This document shows positions 56,642 through 64,000 of a stretch of DNA of 64,000 nucleotides, piece after piece. Origin of the DNA: Dictyostelium discoideum (taxonomy: Eukaryota); contig CM000153.2 of the NCBI GenBank assembly GCA_000004695.1, positions 3,584,001 through 3,648,000 of the forward strand, written 5' to 3'. Under the pieces are notes generated by a model, which was not told the origin of the DNA, did not search any database, and saw only the letters and a program-made list of their open reading frames with translations. Both the position numbers and the translations under genes were made by a program. Within the stretch, counting starts at the first letter, position 1. Every line of letters starts with the position of its first letter.

Positions 56642-57544
56642 TAAAGCAAATTGATAAATATGATAAAAATAAATTAGATGAAACTATTTTTAAAGAAATT
56701 ATAAATTTTGAAGAAAAAAGAGTAAATGTTGAATTTTCAATTGAAAATAATTTAAAAGGTGGATTAATTCAATATAAATCAATTTGTCAAACATTGGTTG
56801 ATATTATAATTGGTAGTAGTTCATGGTTAGATATTTCAAAAGCAGATAACATTAAATCAAATTCATTAGTTTGGGTATTATTTATTAATCAATATATTGA
56901 ATATCAAATTTCAAAGATATTAGAATACGAATATCGTTTTAATAATTTATCAACACCAGAGGAGAAATCAACATTTACTTTTTCCATCTCCTTTGAAAAA
57001 TTATTTTCACCAATTTTAAAATTAAATTCTTTAAAAGAGTTTATAAAAAAACGTACAAATACAACTGATGATAATGATAATTTTGAATTAATTGAAAATA
57101 ATAATAATAATAATATTAATAATAATAATCAAATTATTATAATCTCACCAGATTTAAATAATAATGATAATAATAATGAAACAACAAAGAATTTATGGGA
57201 AAATGAATTCAGAGTATTAAATTCATTAATATTTAAAATTAAAGATTATTTAATGAATAGAGTTAAATATTTAGAAGAAATGTATGAACCAACTTTTACA
57301 AATGAATATCAAAATGTAATTCAATTATTAAAAGATTTCTATAAAGTTAATACAACCGATTTGTTCTCAGAGATATCAGAATTAGAATATAATTATCATA
57401 ATGATAAGAAACTTTATCCATTATTTAAAAAGTATACTGAATATATGAAAAGATTTGGTTTCAACATTAAAGATTTAAATATTGAACCTAGAAAATTAAA
57501 TTATCAAATTATATCTTATTCAAATTTATTTAAAAAGAAAACTT

Positions 57545-57590
<46 letters not shown>

Positions 57591-58854
57591 TGATGATACA
57601 AGTTATATAATTGGTAATACAAATTCTGTAAAAAGTAAACAATCTTTAATAAATCAATCAATAATTTCAAAATCAACTAGTAATAGTAGTGCTAATAATT
57701 GTAATATAAGTAATAATAGTAATAGTAGTAATAATAGTAATAGCAGTAATAATAGTAATAGTGGTAATAATAGTAGTAATGGTAGTAATGAAGGTTCAGA
57801 AGAAGAAGAAATTAATAATAATAATAATAATAATAATCAAAGTACAAATATCAATAATGTAAATCTTTTAAGTGTAAATCAAAATCGTAATAATAATAAT
57901 ATTAATAATAATATTAATAACAATAATAAACAACAACAAGAATTTTATAGACAAAAATATAATATTGATGAAATGATTGAAATGATAAAATTTATTGGTT
58001 ATTTTAGAATGAATAGAGTAACAATATTTAGTTTATTATTTGAAGAGTTTTCATTAGAAGAGAAATCATTAAATAAAGTAGTAGAAATGATTAAAGACTA
58101 TTTTAAACAATTAGTACCAATATCAAATATAGATTTAATAAAAGTACCAATTAATTCATTACTTGATAGAGTAATAAATGATCATTCAATTGATTTCAAA
58201 AGAGAGATTTTATTAATTTATGAATTCCTTTATCCATCAACTATAACAATAACAACAACAGCAACAAAAGAAAAAGAGTTTAGTAGAAATCCATTATCAA
58301 TGTCAAGAGTATTTAATCAAGATACAATTAATGAAGAAGAAGAAGAAGAAGAAGGGGAACAAGAAGAAGAATCAGATTTTTCAATAGTTTATCAAGAGAT
58401 TTCTAAATTATTTGAAAATTGTAAAAGATATTTTATATTTCAAAGAGATATTCAACATTTTATTGATTTTATTTATAGAGAATCAGATTATATTGAAATT
58501 TCAAATTTAACATCATTTAATCAAGAGTTGGAATCATTAAAACAAGAGAAATGGACAACTGTGAAATTATCTGTAGATATTGAAAATAGAATTCAACAAT
58601 TAATTGGTACAAATTCAATTTATCATCTTCAACTATTTCAAGGTATCAATAGACAATTAATGGATTGGTTCTCAAAGTTTAGTGATATTCAAAATTTCGT
58701 TAGTCAATGTCAAATGATTAATGATAGAATTTCAATGGAATTAGATAGATCAGAGAATAGTAATTTAATTAATAATGCTGATTATGCATTTAAATCAATT
58801 CATAGATTCGTTAAATATTATAAAACTTATAAAAAATCTTTAAAAGATAATCAA

Positions 58855-58926
<72 letters not shown>

Positions 58927-59295
58927 CAAAATAATAATCAAAATAATAATAATAATATTATTAAATCAAAATTTGAAAATGTTTATCAATTCTTTGAAAG
59001 TAGTTTTTGTAATGATTCACCATCATCATTTAATATATTAGTAAAAGTTTTTAAGAATATTGATAAGATAAAAGTAATTTTCGAATCATATACATTAGAT
59101 GATTCAAAAAATATTGCAAAGATTGCACAATTAATTGTAAAAGAGAAATCTAAATTCATTTCTTATTCAAGTAAAAGTTTAAATGGTATTGGTTGGATGG
59201 TACAAGCAAATGGTTCAACTGTTAAATATGGTCAAGATTTAATTGATGATCTTTACCGTGGTTTAGAATTAGGTCAAGAGCAACAACAAAAGGAA

Positions 59296-59336
<41 letters not shown>

Positions 59337-60610
59337 ACAAAAACAACAACAAACTGAAAATAATGAAATTGAAAAAATACAACCAATTTGGATTGAGCAA
59401 TTCCGTAAACTTTATAGAAATATTAAAAAAGTTCATAAAATTCATCAACAATTAGATCAAATGCATCATCCAGGTTATCCAAATGGTGAGATTGAAGTTT
59501 TAATTGAATGTTTATTAGATGATTCAAATCCATTATCATTGTATCAAAAGATTTTATCATTGAAAGCAGATTGTAAAGATTGGAAAAATAAAATGAAAGA
59601 TTTACCACGTCAATTATTATTATTAAAGAGTAAAGGTATTTCATCATTTTATTCAAAAATTGATAAATTCTTAAAATCACCAGAGATCATTAATCAAGAT
59701 AACATGTTATCAAGAGATAGTGTAATTGTATTATGTTCTTTAATTTATCCATATGTTAAATACTGTTTCCCTCTAATTGAAATCGATGAACAATTAATAT
59801 TTACAACTATAAATAAGAATTTATTATTAAAATCTACAAAGAGAACTTTTGAATTTTTAAAAGTATTTTTTAATTTTTTACAACCAGAATTAAAATTAAA
59901 ATTTAATTTTGATTTATCAAATTTATCAATTTCTTCAAATCAATTAATTTTAAATAATAATAATAATAATAATACTTCAGTGTCATTTTCACCATCTTCA
60001 ACATCAACAATTAATTCTCAAATTATAATTTTAAAATGTGAAAATTTTGAAAATGTTTACAATTCATTATTTTTAGCAAATGATAAAAAGGCACCACATC
60101 CATCGCAAATATTTTATTCATCAAGTAATGAAACATTTGATTTTCAACATTTTAATGAAATTCAAAATTTAGGTTTATCTTTAAATTATTTCTTAATTGG
60201 ATTACCACAAAATAAAGATGAATTATTTAAATGGATTTCAAAAAAATATATTAATAACAATAACAATAATAATAATAATATAAATAATAATAATAATAAT
60301 AATAGTAAAATATTTTTAGTAACAACAGAGAATAGAGAATTAATTGAAATATTTAATAATGTTAAACAATTAGAAGTTAAAGATGCAGATTGGAGTCAAT
60401 TTAAAAGTTATTGGTCATCAATTCATAATAGTATTGGTATTGGTTCAATTTCAATTTTAACAGGTAATGGTAAAACTCATTACGTTAAATCTGAAATGAA
60501 TGAAAAGCAAATTAAACAAGGTATACCATCAATTTCAATTCATATTAGACCAAATTGGGATTGTAATACAATAGTTTCAAATCTTTCAAAATATTTAATT
60601 AATGGAAAGC

Positions 60611-60705
<95 letters not shown>

Positions 60706-63700
60706 AGAGTTTCATTATATTTCTTTATTTCAAGTTATTATGATTATAATCAATTTAATCAATTCATTTATCCATTAGTAACTTATGGTTTCATTGTTAG
60801 TGATAATGGTGAAATATTTAATTTATCAAATGGTTTATTATTGGATATTTATATTGAAATTGGTTCATTTATTGAAAATGATAATATTAATATTAATAAT
60901 TTAAAGAATAATAATAATAATAATATTCAAATTAATCACAATGAATTAAAATATATAAAATCAATTATACCATTTTTATATAATATTGGTAATGTTATAG
61001 ATTCAAGTAAACCATGGGAATGTGATAATTTAATTGAAAAGAAATGTTTCCGTTATTTATATTATATTAAAGAGTATAATTATGATTATGAAAATTCAAT
61101 TGAATTTTATCAAAAACCACAACAAGTTAATACTAGTAATATGGAGAAAGAAGGTTATGGAATGAATGAATTCATTCAAGATGTTAGATTATTATTAAGA
61201 AAACAATTTCCAAGTGATTGGGAGAAAACTATAATTCCCTATTCAGATTTCCTCGGTATAAAGAATCAATATCTTCACGAAAGAAAGAATTTCTTTGCAT
61301 TACTTTCAGAGAAATTAGATTATATGGATGTTTATATTGATAATTCACTTAATCATTGTTCAAATATTGGTAATCTTTTACCATGGATTCTATTGGAATG
61401 TTTAGTATTGACATGTCCAGATTTTTCAAATCAATCAAGTAAACAACTTTGGTCAAATCCACCAACAATTTCAAAGACTCATTTGGATTATTGTAAAAAG
61501 AATAGATTAGGTATACCAACCGATGCTCATCCTTTAGAATTTATAGATTTCAATGATAATATGAAAACTTATTCAAAACTTATTAATAAATATTCAACAT
61601 TAAATTTAGTAGATAATGAATGGATACGTGGGAATCATATTTTCAATTTAGAATCATCAGTGCTTAAAAAGAGGGAATTCTATAAATTGGTTGCAAAATT
61701 CTTTAAAATCTATGATTCAAATAATAGTATGATCATTGAAAAGTTGTGTTTGGACTCAGGTTATATTCTAACACCAGAGTTTTCACTACGTTTAATTATT
61801 TTACATGACCGTCTAAGATATCAAAAATCCGTTGTAATGGTTGGCGGTACTGGTGTTGGTAAAACTAAATTACTTTATTTCTATTCAATCATTTTAAATT
61901 TTCAATATGTAGAGGAGGCTCAAAAAGAATTCAATGCAAAATTAATTGAAGAAATTAATAGAATCATTGATAAACGTGAATCTGCAACTCATAAAATTAA
62001 ATCATTAGCTCATATTCATAGGATTACAGAGGTGATTGAAGATCTTGCTAAAGAACGTCCAATTGCAACTAAAGATTTCTTAAATGGTTTGGTTGAATTT
62101 ATATTAAAACAATTATCAAAGAATCATTTAGTACATAAGGATCATCCACAATTGGAATATTATCGTCAAAAACATCTCTATAAAGCAATCACTTTAGATG
62201 ATGCAAAAATATTTTCAAAATTAGCTTGTAATCAATTAAATTATATTAAAGTTTATCATAGATTTGTAATGCATTTGAAATTCACTTCAATCATTTTTAA
62301 ACAAACTTTACAATCAATCTTTTTAGATGCAAATCATCTTTTATCCTTAAAAAGTGATATCAAAATTTTAGTATTCCTTGATGAATTCAATTGTTGTCCA
62401 ACTGATACCCTAAGTTTAATTAATGAAATTTTCATGGATAAAACAATTGATGGTATACCAATTCCAACTAATATTTATTGGATTGGTGCAATGAATCCAT
62501 TAACAAAATTATCAAAACAACCACCAATAACAATAGCAACATCAAATATTATTGGTAAACATAATTTAAAGACAAGTTCAAATTCATTACCAACAACAAC
62601 AACAACTACAACAAATAATAATGATATTATTGATAATAATAATAATAATAATAATAATGAATTAATAAAATCAAAATCAGTATTATTAGATTTTACAGGT
62701 GTTGAAGAAAATGATAATTTAAGAGATCATGTATTTTTAGTTCAACCAACACCACCATCAATGAATAAGATAGTTTTTAATTTTGGTGAATTTAAACAAG
62801 ATAATGAAAAACCATTTTTAGAATGTTTATTTGAAATTAAGCATTCAGATTTAGATGTAAACTTTAGTAGAAATTTAATAACGGTAATTAATGAATGTCA
62901 AGACTTTTTAAGAAATCCAATAATAATCAATAGTAAAATTCATCCATCAATTCGTGATATAATGAGAGCTTCGAAATTATATGATTTCTTTACAACCAAT
63001 TCAATTGGTGTTCAAATTTTAATTTCAAGTGGTTTCTTTTCTGATGAAGAAAGACAATTGTTTTATTCGGAAAAGAATAAACAACAAAATTTAAATTTAT
63101 CATTATCAACTTCTTCCTCTGGTATTGGTATTGCTCAACAAATAGTTCCAACTCATCTTTTAAATAAAGATGTTTTACATTGGTGTTCAATTATTACTAC
63201 AGTTTTCGTTGCTTATTATTTAAGAGTACCAGTAGCTTATCGTAAATTATTTAAAGAGAAATTACAGCAATGTTTTGATAAAATTTTAAAACCAAATATT
63301 TTTCAATTTAAATCATCATCATCATCATCATCTTCATCTTCATCAAATTTAAATAAATCCTATGATAATAATAATAATAATAATAGTAATATTAACAACA
63401 AACCAATCACATTTAGTAAAGTTTATAAAGAAATTTTAAGATCATTTTCAGAGAAAATTAAATCAAAAATTCCAAAAGGTGTTGCATTAACTCAATCATT
63501 ACAATTGAATATTTTCACAATGATAATTTCAATTAATGTTGGTATTGGTTTATTAATTGTTGGTCCACCAGGATCTTCAAAAACTATTAGTTTAGGTATT
63601 GTTATTGATATTATGAATGATAATAATGTTGTTAATCAATATTCTTCTTCATCATCGTCATCATCATCATCATCATCGTCTGTTGATAATGGAAATAATA

Positions 63701-64000
63701 ATAATAATGGTAGGTTAAATAAATCTAATATACCAATTACAGCATCAACTAATAATATTAATAAATCACAAAATAATAATGGTATTATTGGTAATAATGG
63801 TGGTGGAACAAATAATAATAATAATAGAAATAAACAAATTGATTATAATAATGGATTTTTTGATATGGCAAATATTTATACAACAAAGTATTGTTGTACA
63901 CCACATACATCAGATGAGGAGATTAAAGCTAAATATGCTCAAGCAATACGTCATCAAGATTTCTTCCAAATGACAAAACATGTTGTATTTTTAGATGAGG
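54134..64000 (+). CDS. giant protein (more than 3040 codons in-window, 3-prime end beyond the window) with at least two P-loop AAA+-type NTPase modules, RNF213/midasin/dynein-related; exons 54134..54501, 54649..55399, 55767..56170, 56289..56532 and 56647..beyond 64000
   Basis: Donors are GG|GTAAAT, AAT|GTAAGT, AC|GTAAGT and AAT|GTATGT. The first four exons sum to 1767 nt = 589 codons. The last exon is open for 7354 nt to the window edge in the same frame (63781 minus 56647 is divisible by 3). Walker A VVMVGGTGVGKTKL (about 61831-61866) with Walker B ILVFLDEFNCC (about 62366-62398) and AMNP. A second Walker A LIVGPPGSSKT (about 63559-63588) with a Walker B-like VVFLDE at 63979-63996. A coding (CAA)31 lies at 60610-60704. 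Confidence 0.65.
55607..55672. repeat. poly(T) run of about 66 nt inside intron 2 of the giant gene
   Basis: Homopolymer read directly. Confidence 0.9.
60610..60704 (+). repeat. (CAA)n coding microsatellite (about 31 units, polyQ) in the giant AAA+ gene
   Basis: Read directly. Confidence 0.9.

Overview
This window reads as eukaryotic nuclear DNA of Dictyostelium type. It is about 78-80% A+T, with huge homopolymer A/T runs and (CAA)n, (AAT)n and (TTA)n triplet arrays, some of them translated as polyQ or polyN. Introns are short and AT-rich, running from GTAAGT/GTATGT donors to (T/A)nAG acceptors. The ORF track uses bacterial alternative starts (TTG/GTG) and ignores splicing, so I rebuilt gene models by hand. 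All multi-exon models below sum to a multiple of 3.

I call about 24 protein-coding genes. Recognisable homologues are eIF3 subunit I, dolichol kinase, a HIP1R/Sla2 homologue, MARCH6/Doa10, an HSPA14/Ssz1-like Hsp70, a PX-C2 protein, CDK7, MED18, a Cir_N (CWC25/LENG1-like) protein, glyoxalase II and deoxyhypusine synthase. The window ends inside a giant AAA+ protein gene (more than 3000 codons in-window).

Lineage-specific content includes:
- a cluster of three paralogous 7-TM membrane protein genes with conserved intron phases
- a second, minimal polyprenol-kinase paralogue
- a pair of about 880-aa paralogues 12 kb apart
- a secreted protein with near-identical 54-nt tandem repeats
- an Oca/Siw14-like pseudophosphatase

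I found no tRNA or rRNA gene, no recognisable transposon, and nothing resembling a prokaryotic defence system or operon. The most interesting material is the paralogue clusters, a GC-rich island that may be a small ncRNA, palindromic promoter elements and C-rich GBF-type promoter boxes.

Coordinates near long homopolymer runs may be off by 1-2 nt.
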